Assembly (NCBI GenBank): GCA_951406725.2
Contig: OX597818.1
Coordinates: 11,594,001-11,658,000 of the forward strand
Direction: 5' to 3'
Origin: Octopus vulgaris
Taxonomy: Eukaryota
Length of the DNA: 64,000 bases
The notes under the pieces were generated by a model. The model was not told where the DNA came from. It saw only the letters and a program-made list of their open reading frames with translations, and made no database searches. Shown piece by piece: positions 1 to 13,474 of the stretch (the stretch's first letter is position 1; the number at the start of each line of letters is the position of its first letter). The position numbers and the translations under genes were made by a program.

Positions 1-951
1 TATGTAATGTTTATAGATGCCCAGTGGTCGATCGACACTGCTCTCATATAAATCTGAAGCGTAACTACACTTAGAATAACAATTACTTGTATCAAGAATT
101 AACATATAGTATTGTCAGGCATATAGCCTTCATTGATTGCATTCCTAAATATTAAGTCTATTAACACTATTGCAACTGATCTTTTCTAAATAACGTTAAC
201 CATTTAATAATCTCTTCTAAACTGAAAGGCCTCCCCCCACCCGACATTTTGACATTTAATACGGAAAACCTTCTAATCTGTTATCTTGTTTATATCGAGC
301 CTTCTCTGGTCGACAGGGAAAGTAAGTGCCTGGTTCAATCTGAAGAATATGGTACCAGATTTAATATTCGTGAGTATACAAATATTTTTGTTTTTTTACA
401 TGGGCACAAACTTATAAGGAGTTTGGGTTCAACACTTTGTCGCATGTAAGTGAAATGAGTTCGCTTCAATAAACTAAATATCCAGGTTTTGATTCCCCAA
501 GCAATCTATACTCAATAAGGTACATATGTCAGTAATTTCAAACAATACTGAGCTCTACACTATATGACATACGTTACAGTTTGAAAACTTTCACACTCCG
601 CACTACCTTCAAACTCTTCCAACTAAAATTTAAATATTGGATTCGTATTCTGTTAAAACTTAAAATACTGTTAAATTCTAAGAAACGCTTCGTTTCCAAA
701 TGATGAGGGTTCTAGTCCGGTTCGAAATTTTTCTTTAACACTTTTGTCTTAAACCTGGCCCAGTAGGTATTTTAAAGTTTTACATCTGGTAGTCGATTTA
801 GATATCGGAGCTAATACTTTACACACGAATTATAGTATAAGGCTTACAATTTCACAATTATTAGCCATGTAATAAATGTAGCTTATAGGGAACTGTTGAC
901 AGCAATGTTGTTTGTAAAACGATTATTATCAATGATTTCGTTTTTATTTAG

Positions 952-1242
952 ATACAACCAATTCTCATCAACTTTGAACTGATACTTCTACAATATCGAC
1001 TAACTTATACATTGTCATTACCTTCAACAGAAACTCAGGCGGTGTCCGAAGTTGCTATCCCGATGTTTCCCAGAAACCCGAAATGGGTAGAATTCTCTCC
1101 ACCGGTACGCCTTCATGTTAAATATGATATCGACGACAAGGACCCTCTTCGAGCTTTGCTAGCAAAACTGCCAGATTATAGCGATTCGCAGCTAACTATT
1201 TCTCAATGTATACATATTGTTGGTCAAAGAAAGGGAAAATAG
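952..1242 (+). CDS. Probable terminal coding exon of an unidentified gene beginning upstream of the window (96 aa: IQPILINFELILLQYRLTYTLSLPSTETQ...HIVGQRKGK*)
   Basis: Pyrimidine-rich acceptor tttcgtttttatttAG ends at 951. The frame is open from 952 to TAG at 1240-1242 with protein-like, non-repetitive composition. AATAAA at 1458-1463. Product not recognised. Confidence 0.5.
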   Translation: MQPILINFELILLQYRLTYTLSLPSTETQAVSEVAIPMFPRNPKWVEFSPPVRLHVKYDIDDKDPLRALLAKLPDYSDSQLTISQCIHIVGQRKGK

Positions 1243-1479
1243 ATCAGATTTATCATTTGGAAGTCTTTTTTTTTAAAAGATTGATATATATATATATATA
1301 TTAAAAAAAAAATTAGAATTCTTCTAAATGTCGTTTAGACACTCAAACGTTAATGATTTAAGATGTTAATCTGTATTTTGTCATTTTCATGATGTTGTTC
1401 ACTATGGAATCTTGAATCTTAATTTTATTGAAAGGTTATTTTTCAAAAAGTTGCTGAAATAAAACTTGGAAAAAGATAA

Positions 1480-1600
1480 ACGACAGAATTATTAGAGCGT
1501 TGGACTAAATGCCTTGCGTTCTTTAGTAGTTACATCACTTAATGTTTCGAGTTCAAATCCTGCCAAAGTCAATTTTACTTTTCCTCTTTCGAAGGCCTAT
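1480..1600 (+). mobile_element. Degenerate SINE family C fragment
   Basis: gagttcaaatcctgccaaagtcaattttacttttcctctttcgaagg resembles the intact copy at 39507-39730. Confidence 0.55.
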
Positions 1601-2316
1601 AAAATATGCACGTCGGTATAATTAAGTGTCCGAAGCATGATTGTAGTCCAATGAATGTAACCAGTAAACGATCATTGGGCACACGATGTCATCACTGTAA
1701 CAGTTCAATGCCGAACCCTAAATTTGAAAACTTATTCTATCGGGACCCAGCTACATCGAAATTTTCTACAATATTTTTCTCTTGATTATGAAAATTGAAT
1801 TACTGATAAAACAAATTTACACATATTTTATTTAGTTAATACTGACTTGGTATGCGTAGCATGTTTGACTTAGCAATTTAAAGATAATCACAGACACCTG
1901 ATACTCAGTATGTGGTTATTTCTGACGTCTTTCTTTCTCAAATACTAACTCGAGATCCATGCATTGTTGTTTAGTCTCAGGTCAACCATTATTGTGTAGG
2001 TATGAGATCAAATGCGTGCCAGCAGTGATGGTTCCGTCTTATTGTACATTAATTAAGGCACTTGTGATTCGAAGGGATTTGTTCTGCTATCTATAGCAGA
2101 ACAAGCAACTGAAGAAGTCAATTTACTGATATTAAACTGAACAATAATCGTATCGATATGGACAAGTCTCTGGAGGTTAGTTACTGCCAGGCTTCCTAGA
2201 ATATAAAACGTTGTCAGTATGTAACGCTATTCAAAGTCAATTCCTGTGGAGTTTGAACTGTGAAATATTTTACTAAATACTGTGAATCCTTTATTCAATG
2301 TAACTTTAATATTATC

Positions 2317-2604
2317 AGTGTCTTCCACTATAGCATCGGGCCGACCAAGGCCTTGAGTGAATTTGGTAGACAAACTGAAAGAAGCCCGTCGTATATATAT
2401 ATATATATGTGTGTGTGTATTTGTCCCTCCCACCATAGCTTGATAACCGATGTTGGTGTGTTTACGTCCCCGTAACTAAGCGATTCGGCAAAAGAAACCC
2501 GTAGAATAAGTACTAGGTTTACAGAGAATGTCCTGGGGTCGATTAGTTCGACCAAAGGCGGTGTTCCAGCATGGCCGCAGTCAATGACTGAAACAAAAGA
2601 ATAA
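2317..2604 (+). mobile_element. SINE family A, 5'-truncated
   Basis: Aligns by eye with 8963-9363 and 47709-48085: ctatagc.tcgggccgacc, internal (TA)n(TG)n, tttacgtccccgtaact, ccagcatggccgcagtcaatgactgaaac tail. Confidence 0.9.
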
Positions 2605-3084
2605 TTAAAACCACTTTGCAATATATCTAGATTTACAATAAACGACTTGTCAGTTCATTAGTGTTTCTTATTGTTAAAAACGTAGATTGCCCCAAAGTGG
2701 GGTGAAACTTGAAGCGGTTTTTTGTTGTTTTTATTCCCCAATCACGATTAGAGATTGGAAAGTAGTGCAAATATAAACACAGTGGCGGATGATGGGGGGG
2801 ACGGGAATTTCTGAATGAACACTCATCTTTTTGATATTTACTCACGTTTAAAAATGCGTTTTTAAGACCGAGATTCAGCGTCTCTCTCTAGATAAATGGT
2901 TATGAAACTGACAAATTCCATCCACCACTACCAAAATATAAGCTTTTTAAAAATTTTTTTGTGCTCTCATCATCTTAATAATACAAAACCGTTCGCATTC
3001 ATAAAATTCTTTTGGATTTCTTTTTCTTCTAACCACAAATTTTAAGTTGAAAATTTTCAAAAAATGTGCTTTTGACTGGGAATT

Positions 3085-4321
3085 GGCATACTGCTGGTGA
3101 ATACCGCATTCATTATTTGAAGCGTTTAACATAATGATTTATATCCAATGAATTTTAAGCCACTTTCCTTACAGCGAGAGTCAAAACTCTTTGTTGTCTG
3201 TTCTATATCATTTTTTCCATTTCATTGCTGCGTATGCTGGAGATGTAGGTAAGTCGAGAGTCTGTCTGTTAAAAGAGGTACGCGGTTGAAAGGGAGAACA
3301 CTTCCACTGGGTCAAAGAATTGACAGCTAGGGATTGGTGCGACTGCGGCAGTAGATTATAATAATTATTTAAAAGAAGCCTGCCGACACGATTTGCTTCG
3401 CAATCTAATGAAGATTCGAGGTCTCGGCAGAATAGACGAAACCCTTTCCAAGGAGTATAAAGGCTACCCGAATAGTGGGTTTTTGGCGGTGTGTGTCGCG
3501 AAACTTGAAAACTTTTTCTTTTCGCCGTACCTTCTCGAGATAGTAACACACTCGAAGATTGCATTCGTCCATCAGTTCTGCTGCTAACAACTATTTACCC
3601 GTGACGTGTATACTCAAATATTCCTGAGATACCAATGTACCAATTTTTTCATAGAACGGTGAACCACAGCGCTGAGTCTGTAAACTCACAAGACTGGACC
3701 CATACTCAACAAATAGGAAGCACATGGGCCTGTCTTAAGCGAGGAAATGAACGGCGCTGTAACACACATCGTTCTGTATTGGACTCATCTCTGCGAGTTT
3801 ATGTAGCACCGCAGGTATGAAACATATTTCTTTGAAAAGATATCTGAGTGCATAGCTCAATTTCTTTAAATTTTTAACGTTCCTCTACATTGTTTTATTT
3901 CATAATTTTCTTTTATTGACAGTTCAAGTTTTCGTTTCACTTCGACTGTTCTTTCTAACGGCAGGTCGAAAGCAAGAGCTGTGACCATGGTAATATTATT
4001 TTAATTGTATTTATAAATATTAAAGTGGTTGCAAGAAAGCAAAAAAAGCTGTTAAAAAAATTCATTATTTTATCTTTATCTTTAATTTTTTTTTTCAGAA
4101 AAAAAAAAAAAAGAAAATGCTCCCTTTTTTGTTTGCTTTCATTAAATTTTCACAGTCTTCTTATATTGTTACGATACAGTTTCCATGGCAGCAAACAGTT
4201 TCTACTTGTGAGGACACTGGACTCCTTTCATTGGCTAAAAATATTTAACTTCAAATGTTTCAATCTTTATTCATTTTTTTCTTTTCGAAAAAATGAATGC
4301 AACATTCGTCACCAGCATGCA
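3085..4321 (+). mobile_element. Decayed Merlin (IS1016/IS1595-like, ISXO2-type DDE) DNA transposon with degenerate terminal inverted repeats
   Basis: Frameshifted translation of about 3370-3845 gives KIRGLGRIDETL, WVFGGVCRET, FLFAVPSRDSNTLEDCIRPSVL, HRTVNHS, HTQQIGSTW, LDSSL, which match Merlin/IS1595 transposase motifs. 3085-3120 (ggcatactgctggtgaataccgcattcattattt) is an imperfect inverted copy of 4288-4321. Confidence 0.85.
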
Positions 4322-4889
4322 TAATTACATCTGCATGGACAATCTGAAAACAAGCCATTGAGAACGGAAAAATCTTTAAGCGGTCAAAAGAAAACGAAGA
4401 TCCGTTCTTCTTGGTCATCATAATTTATTAAAACCATAATTTTATTAAACATTTGAATGCCTTTTTCTCTTTCTTTGAATCCGCACAACCAGACCGAAAC
4501 ACTGCATTGTCTCGGAATCGTCTTACTCCAACAAATCGAATAACTTGTGAACACATAGTCTGAATGTTCTTCTTTGGAGACAAAATACAGCACCGTTTAA
4601 TAGATTCCCGTTCGAATCAGTCGAAATGTATTAATGAATATCTGAATTATGGTTTATTCTAAAAAATATTTCGATATTCTGCAAATTCATTATATACGTT
4701 CTACAATATATACATTTACTACCTAATCATTGTTCTATATTTACCATTGTCATTCTGCTGTGAAATTGAATTCATTTATCTGCAAATATTTTTAGGCTTA
4801 CAGGATCGTTTATTCAGATGATAGGAACGTATAGTTCTCTGGGTTGAACACTGAATTCAGAAGATACAAACCGCATTCCTTTTTGAATT

Positions 4890-5219
4890 TTGTCCTTGAC
4901 TCTTGTTTATCGACACTTTGGAGTGTCACCTTGAAGGGTTTATTCGATTAAATCGGTTCCAATATTCTATTTCTCTTTTTACCGAGTTACTGAGTTACAG
5001 AAATGTATGCGAATTAATACTTGTTAAACGGTGAACACGCACGCCCCCACCCCACATTACTGGCTTTTAACAGTTTCATTAACTGATTTCAATCACAAAA
5101 CATTGGTTGGCCCGGGGCTATAGCAGAAGACACTGGCTCAAGGTGCCGTGCAATGGTACTGAAACAAAAACCACATGGTTGCCAAGTGAATTCCTTAATC
5201 ACCAACCCATGCTTGTGCC
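4890..5219 (-). mobile_element. SINE family A, old degenerate copy
   Basis: Reverse-complement similarity to family A (ggcccggggctatagcagaagacac...accacatggttg). Confidence 0.75.
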
Positions 5220-6589
5220 GATAAAATTATTATAAGGACAAAAGTTCAGATGTTACGGGGACGATTTAATTCCCTTATAATTTCGGGTTTGCTAAACATA
5301 ACCGAATTTTTAGGGGAACAAAAGGGGCATGTCTGATATCGTCTCACCCTTCTGTGACGGTGGTGGTGGAGCTTTTTAACGAGGTACCTTTCTGGCAACT
5401 TTTGCAACTCCACAATGCATAGACATTTATCTCTGTATAGCTTTTCCCTTTTTCTTAAGATTCTCCAGTTAGCTTACTTTGGGATTGAGTAAATGGACTA
5501 CCTAGTCCGAAAGCAGCTAAATTCCCTTCGGTATAAAATGAACGGATTGATACAAAAAAAAAGAGAAGAAACACTAATAAATGATAATCAGTACTAATTA
5601 TGTCTGTTTATCTACCTACCTAGCTATCGATCAAAGTCGTTGTAGTTCTTTTTCTTCCCATGGCCTACAAATTTCAATTTTCTTGCGATTCAAACACGTA
5701 CACGAAAGTATTGCCACTCTTAAAACTTCATTATTCAATTCGACATCAGTCTTTTGATAGGTTTGTTATATTTACGAGAAAAAGGCGAGAATATAGCTTC
5801 CGACTATATTCTAACTTTCTAATGATAATTTAGTAGTAATTATAAAATTATCTCTTTCACACAATATCTAAAAAGTTTTTTCAGCTTTAGAATATGACGG
5901 TGAATCTTGTTTTTCATTAAACCGAACCTTTCTTTTTTTCTAAAATTTGTCATGGTCGTTTCTCTAAAATTCTATATTTTTAAGGTCAATACGTCAATCA
6001 AAATGACATCACCCAAAACACTGGTCTGAGTCACTTTCGAGATGTAGTGGGAGTTATTTTCGTCTTTTTTTTTTGTTCAGCGCGTTCTCTTGCAATGTTT
6101 TTGTGAAGAGTTCATTTTGGGATATAAAAGTGAAAGAAATTGAAATCAACAAGAATAGGGAATGTATGAAAAGCAACTTAGCTATCCTGATTTCTTTTCT
6201 CCGATGCTATTCTGAGTTAAACGACGTTGTTGAAAATAAAAAGAAATCTATTATAAATAACCTACTTTCATGCTTTATTTTATTTGTTTTAATCATTCGG
6301 GGTAATCAAGTTATTTTGTGCATTCCCAATTATTGTTAGTTTCATTTTCATTGATATTTCACTTAGATTTTTCTAAAGCCTTAAATTTTCGAATTTAATC
6401 TTTCATGCTATTTTTCTGTTAGCATTTGTCGATGCATTAGAATTTGTTTTAATTAAGAAAAAATTAAATTGTCATTGTACTTTTTTCAACGTATTACGAT
6501 TTGTTGTTATTGTTGTGTTGTTACTTACAAGGAGATATAAATTTGGCTGTTTTTAATACCATTTCCACTTTCGTAAAAAAGATATCTCA

Positions 6590-7676
6590 CCGTCTCTCAC
6601 ATATAGCTCATTGAGAGGATATGTAAGCATTCAAAATGTGCTCGAGATATGATCTGGAACAAACCCTTGAAGTATAATAGGATCAGATATAGGCAGACAA
6701 AATGGATTGTATTGACTGCTCTGATGACTAAGATCTGGAATATGTCTTGTATGGTTTAACAGTACAAATAAAACTTTTCAAGGAGTTGATTTGTATTAAG
6801 TGGTGGATCTTTGGAAAACTTTCCGAAATCGCTTCAGGATAGGTATGAAGATTTGGAAACGGGTTCCAGGAAGATGTGAGGAAATACAGGCTATACAGAA
6901 ACGACAGATAGGCCAAAGAAAAACAAATCTATTGTAAATCCAGCATTAGCCTCGAAGGAAGTTCTTTCTGCAAGACAAAATTCAAATGCGAGACTTTCAC
7001 TGTCATCTTTAAATCCGTTGTTTGTTGCCTCACGAAAGATAGAGTAGACTATCAATCGGTACAAGCTTAACGCCAGCTTTAGCAGTTTATCTAATGCAAG
7101 GGTAAGAACTGAAGCTTTTTTTCCTTATGGTTTTACTAATGTGTTTGGAGATGAAATTATGCAGTTTGCAGCCCTTTGTAAGTTCAGATCATGTCTCACT
7201 CCATCTCAACAGGCATTGTTAATCCGTAATGAAAGGGCTTGCTTGATACCTTTCATAGTTTTGATGTAGTTCTTAGAATATATTTAAGCTTGGTGGTCAC
7301 TAGCTGTTCAGGAAAAATGTCATTCAGTAAATTGGGTATGATACAGGATTATCAGAGAAACACGATGACGCATGAAAGACGAAGTGCTCTGTCTTTTTGG
7401 ATGTAAATGATACAATTTGAGGAAATCATTAGCTTTTCAGATGCCTAGCAAAAAAGAAAAAAATATGTTGGTGACATAATAGTATATAGTAGGAAGCAGG
7501 GCGTAAAACTTGTACTCATTTTAGCTGATAATTTTTTGCATTGACAGATGCATTTTAAACTTGCCCAGTTTCAATAACATGTAATAAATGGGTTTTAAAA
7601 TGTAAATTTGATTTGTATGTCTTGGATTCTAATTTGAAGTGATCCCCCTCCCCCAGCAGGTTTAAATCTGGCCTTG
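6590..7676 (+). mobile_element. Decayed hAT DNA transposon, 3' part: transposase C-terminal dimerisation domain (ZMYM1-like) plus right terminus
   Basis: About 7243-7410 translates LDTFHSFDVVLRIYLSLVVTSCSGKMSFSKLGMIQDYQRNTMTHERRSALS, matching the hAT dimerisation consensus LRIYLSLxVTNCSGERSFSKLKxIKxxLRSTMxQERLSAL. 7661-7676 is the reverse complement of a CAGGGCCGGATTTA-like hAT end. Many stops and frameshifts. Confidence 0.8.
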
Positions 7677-8962
7677 TTGATAAATTCAAAACTAATATTG
7701 AACTGTAGTCAATGTAATCGGTTACATTTCCCTGACCGCTCATATGGATCTTTGTGCTCTTGTGTCTGTTAGAAACGATTACAACAGCAGGAAGATGAAC
7801 AAAGTACAACACCGTGTTTAATCTTGTATCTACTTTCTAAAATAAACTTCTCTGAATTATTTTTCTTAAAATACAATTGAATGTATGTCTGTCTCTGTTC
7901 CATGTTGTACACCAATTTTGTGGCTAACTGAAATTGTGCATAGGTATACGCATGCTAACTATCATTTTGAAATACTTTCCTGTATTTGGAAAGCTAAGAA
8001 TATTGTATGCCTCCCAAATATAGAAATATAACTAATCTAGACTAATCATTTAAATTAGCACTGTAGTTTTTAATATAAAATAAGATACATGGGAATAACA
8101 GTTTGTGTTAGCTTCTACATTTTTTGCGCATTTTTATAAAGTTTAAAACAATTTATCTCAAATATATTTGTTTTAGGTATAAATTAGAATAAACCTTGGA
8201 AAGGCCGGGTATTTGTGTTAAGATAAAATGAAAAGAAAAAATAATAGAATTACAAGCGACGTATTCGAATGAAAATTTATGGGGTGAGGGGGTACCTTTT
8301 ACTCCGAGTGGGGCTTTTATGGGAATGGCACACTTGGGTCTGAATGTGGTGGCTTAGGAGCCGGGGATGAGGTGGCAAACTTTAGGGCTGCTCTGGTCGA
8401 CGCACACACTCTAGCACGCATGGCTATACAGTGGTCAGCCTGAAATTGTCTGGATCTTATGAGAGAAGTAAGGAAGGACATAGATATTCAGAGAAAAGTG
8501 GTTGACTTGAGTGAGCTCCGCGTTTTGTGTTTTTGATGTTGGTAAAATAAATATTTTAAGTACCTGCGGTACATATCTGAATGTATAAAGGAAGATATGA
8601 GAGGAAGTAAGGTAAAGGGGAGGAGAGAAAACGATATAGGAAAATTCAAGAGATTTATGGGGACGACTGAAATTAACTTCTAGAAAATCCATACTAAGCG
8701 TGTGTGTACGTGCCAAAGGAAGGATGGGTGATATGGAGGTACATGCATACGTACGTTGTACGTATTTGTATGTCAGTGTGGATATGAGTGACGAATATCG
8801 TGAGACAGAGGATGGAAGAGAGAGAAAGGGCGAAGGACACCAATAATCACAAACTACGTATACAAGGTGAAAGTGCGTGGCTTAGTGAAAAGCAAAACTG
8901 AGCAATTATTGACACATGGAATTCTCAACAGATCAACCCTTATTTTGTGAAATACCTATCGT

Positions 8963-9363
8963 AGGCGCAGGCGTGGTTGTATGGGGAGAAGCCTGCTTCC
9001 CAACCACATGGTTCCTGATTCAGTTCCATTGCGTGTCACCTTGGGTGTCTTCTACTATAGCCTCGGGCCGACCAATGCCTTGTGAGGAGTTTTGGTAGAG
9101 AGAAACTGAAAGAAGCCTGTCGTATATATATATATATATGTGTGTGTGTATGTGTGTGTGTCTTTGTGTTTGTCCCCTATCACTGCTTGACAACCAGTGT
9201 TTGTGTGTTTACGTCCCCGTAACTTAGCGATTCAGCAAAAGAGAACGATAGAATAAATACTAGGCTTAAAAAATAAGTCCTGGAGTCGATTTGTTCAACT
9301 AAAACCCTTCAAGACAGTGCTCCAGCATGGCCACAATCAAATGACTGAAACAAATAAAAGAAT
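8963..9363 (+). mobile_element. SINE family A, full length (tRNA-like head, internal microsatellite)
   Basis: aggcgcaggcgtggttgt head, ggttcctgattcagttcc B-box-like segment and the family tail; many copies in this window. Confidence 0.9.
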
Positions 9364-10119
9364 GTCGGGTGAAATATCAGGTCTTCAAATTATTATAAGG
9401 GAAGCTCCCCCAAATTCAGTTTTCAATACGGCAGTACACACAAATTTGATTAGAATTAATGCAGTAAGCTCCAATATTCAAACGGACTTGTTTTCTAGAA
9501 CGCCAGAAAGTGTCTACTTTTTGCCTGGCAGTTTACCTCGTCTTTCAAGCCTAAAAGAACAAGGGAATGAGATAAAATCTTTTGCACTGACACAAAAAAT
9601 ATCCGATACTAGATGCAGTCTTGCAGAATCTATCAGAATTCTGAACAGAGAGAAATAAAACTGTACTCCTAAGCAGTTAGCAGAGGCGAAGAGTGTACTG
9701 GGATCACATAGTAAGATATGCAGTCATAGTTTCTTCATATATTCTGGAATAAAGTACTAGTCTGGACTTTCAAAATAACATATTTACAGAAAAGTAGTCT
9801 AGATATGGTAACGTCTGTTTCTTTCGATTCAACTTTCTGGAAAATGATATGAAAGATATGAGAAACGAGTATGAATCGCAATTTAGATTGAAAATGAAGC
9901 AACTGAGATGGCTCGAAAATGTGACAATAATATGAAATACAGGAATTTTTACTTATACGAGTAACTAAAAAGTAAATATTTTATCCAGAGCTCAATCCTA
10001 TACTTAAAACACATTATTATGCAATCGCTGCACACTTGAAAATTTGAAAATTCTCGCCACTTAAGCCTCCAGTCATAACTATTCTGAAAGAATTTCTTAC
10101 TGAAACAAAACTTTCGGCG

Positions 10120-10432
10120 AAACAGTTACCCAATAAGTGGTTGGTACTCTGTCGATTACAACGATGAATGTTTTTGTTGATCCTATCAACGAAACAGCCT
10201 GCCTGTAAGATTAACGCGAAAGTGGATGAGCACTCTACAGACATGCGTACCCTTAATATAGTTCTCAAGGAGAATGTGACAAAGCTAGCCCTTTGAAATA
10301 CAGGTACCACTTTTTTTGCCAGCTGAGTGGATTTGAGCAACGGGAAATAAAGTATCCTACTCAAGAACGCAACGCGCTGCCGGGAATCGAACTCACGATC
10401 ATACAATATGAACCAAATATCCTAACCACTGC
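10120..10432 (-). mobile_element. SINE family B (tRNA head plus CORE-like segment)
   Basis: Reverse complement matches 34809-35163 and 57923-58246. Confidence 0.85.
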
Positions 10433-10716
10433 CCAATAGGTAATAGCACTTTGTAAGTACACAATTTAACTGATAATCAACTAAACATATATCAATTTGC
10501 ATGTATACAAATGCATAAAATTTAAACTTACCTTATTACCGACTTATTAATAGATAATAATGATATAAAATTTATAAATGCATTTTGATAAAGGTTCCAC
10601 CTGTGTCAAGAGAGCTAAGCCAGCTGCTTCTGTTGATGTAATTATAAGAAGGTTCAATAGCATTATGGAATTATATTAGGTCTACTTTATGTAAGAAATA
10701 TATATTAGCGACAGAG

Positions 10717-11315
10717 GGCAGTATTATTATCGAGAGGTAATATTTATCTCCACTTATTAAACGTGTATGTTCTGTTAAAATAAACTGTAGCACTGTAGAT
10801 ACTACGAGAGAAACTCTCATATTGGCTTTCGGTGCAAAATGCACGCTTGTTTACATCGCTGGTGGGGACATAAATCGCCACCATCTTCAGTGCCAAGACC
10901 ACAAGATCACATGATTTTGACCATCCTTGGTTTTATCAATGATGTAAGCTTCACCGCTGGAGATAGCAGCGACTCATCTTCCTGTTAGTGATATATAGGG
11001 AAACAGTACCAGAACAGGCGCTAGGGTTGCTATTAGCCAGCGAGGCAGTATCAATACTGAGAAGTAATATTTATCCCCACTTAAACATGGATGTTCAGTT
11101 AGAACAAACTATACTGTGGTAGATACCATGAGCGAAGCTCTGATATTGGCGCTTGGTGCAAAATACACTCTTATTTATATCGCTAGCGGGGAGATAAATC
11201 CCTGCCATCTTCAGTGCTGAGACCTTCCCTAGTCTCGTCAATGATGGACTCTCGACCACAAGAGGTAGCAGCGACTCATCTTCCTGCAAGCGATTTATAG
11301 GAAAACAGTGCCAGA
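10717..11315. repeat. Diverged tandem duplication, two units of about 300 bp
   Basis: Unit 1 (about 10717-11013) and unit 2 (about 11043-11315) share ggcagtat, gtaatatttatc.ccactta, atattggc..t.ggtgcaaaat, ccatcttcagtgc and tagcagcgactcatcttcctg. Confidence 0.85.
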
Positions 11316-12798
11316 AGTGCCAGTGAGCTTGTTAAAAAATATTTTTGGGGTATTGCTTTGTAGTGTTAAGTCGAACAAATAAACCCCAGTGCTTATTTTA
11401 AAGTCTGGTATTTATTTTATCGCTAAGTAATGGGAACGTAACCAAAACAATATCGGTTGTAAAGCGATCTCACAGCCTGTTATCTTGTCATCTTATGCTA
11501 AGGAGATGTCTTTTCACCAGAGCTTCTGATTGACCCCTTCTTTGAGAACGAACCTGTAGTAGAGGGAAACTGTGAGGAAACCTATCTTATGAACTGTTCC
11601 TGTAACCCAAAATGCTAGTCTAGCCACACACTATGTCCCACTGGTTCCGTTTGAGGAGTAAGTTAAGTGTTCACTTATCAGTATACGCTTTAGTCTATTA
11701 CAGAGTAAATAGTACAGCTGGTCTAACAACTGGAATAATCATCATCGAAGCCGACGGAGATTCATTTAATATATAATTTTGCACGTATGTACATACGGAC
11801 ACGTAAACATACATTTGCACACACATACACAGAGTAGTAACAATCTCTCTATACAAATCTTGTGCCCGCCAGTAATAAGAGTGGAATGTAAGCACTGCTT
11901 TCGTGTTATTATTTAGACAAAACATACCTGCAAGCTTCTTAACAATCTGTTTGGGCTTCAGTCTTATAAAACTGCTTGCCAAACGATTACCGAAACATTC
12001 TGCTGGTAGACAATTACTGACAATAAACTGATTATAACTTTGTACATTGCGGCTTGTCAACTGATAAATAGGTTGTGAGACACTCGGTTAAGCAAGTAAG
12101 AAAGGAAGAAAGACAGATAGATAGATAGATAGATAGAGAATAGACAAATAGATAGATACGCTGAAGTCTAGTTCCGCTGCAAAACATGAAATAGAAGATA
12201 TCCGTTGAAGGATTACATTAGAGCGAGAGATGTGTACACAACGTTGGTGGTAGTGGTGTCGATGAAGAGTTACGGTTTGTTGTAAAGATGCTCAGACATT
12301 TTAATAACAAGAAACATTTTATCAAAATACTCTCCATGTTTACAGCTATAATCAATTGATTATACGTATGATTATAAGCTGTGTTGCCATTATTTTATGT
12401 TCATCATTTTTTATTGCTTTATTCATTACAATAAATTATTCTGGGGAAATATATCAGGAGTGAAGCATAATATTGGAATCCATAAGTTTACTGTTGTGAA
12501 ATTGCTCGATAAAAAGATCATTCGGTTATAGTCCAATACCTTACAGAGAGTATTTAATAACTCAGGGGTACATAAAGCATCCCCACAAACACCAAAAACA
12601 AGAGGAAGATGTCTCTAAATTCACACTAGTCTTTAGATGCTTAGGTGAGATCCTTGGACTCTAATCAATGTGAAATTTTGAAAGAGGCCGAACATTTCTG
12701 AAACAAAACTTCCAGACAAACGTCAGTGACATTATAACGTTATAATCATCATATGGAGAATGTAAACTTATTAGAACTTGAAAAAAATGCTTAAATAC

Positions 12799-12938
<140 letters not shown>

Positions 12939-13178
12939 CACACAAAAATACGTGCATGTACACATCATACACAAATAAACATATACGCATATAATGACTT
13001 AGGTTTCTTTATTTGCATATGAATATAAAATTGTATTGTATAATACTGAGCATACATATTGTTGTAAATATGTACTTATAATTTCAAATTTATATAATGA
13101 AACTAATATTACATGGCGCAGATTAAGAAACAGCTTAGTCAGATAGAAGCCATGTGAGAAACAATAATCTATATTCGC

Positions 13179-13226
<48 letters not shown>

Positions 13227-13257
13227 CCCTTTATTCTTTTACTTATATATTTCCTGT

Positions 13258-13400
13258 TATTCTTTTACTTGCTTCAGTCATTTGACTGCATCCGTGCTGG
13301 AGCACCGCCTTGAATGGCCTTAGCCAGACCGCTAAGTTTCGGGGACGTAAACACACCAATACCGGTTGTCAAGATCTGATGGGGGACAAGTACAAACATA
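13258..13400 (-). mobile_element. SINE family A 3' fragment with internal deletion
   Basis: cttcagtcatttgactgc...gctggagcaccgcctt joined to gctaagtttcggggacgtaaacacacc. Confidence 0.8.
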
Positions 13401-13474
13401 AAGAGATACACACATAGATATATATATATTCATTCATACATACATATATACATTCATACATACATACAACAAAA

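Noticed and set aside
230-760. Possible very old Penelope GIY-YIG tail with a tgatgag...gaaa motif at about 701-727
   Set aside because: Only vague motif resemblance, and stem II does not pair convincingly.
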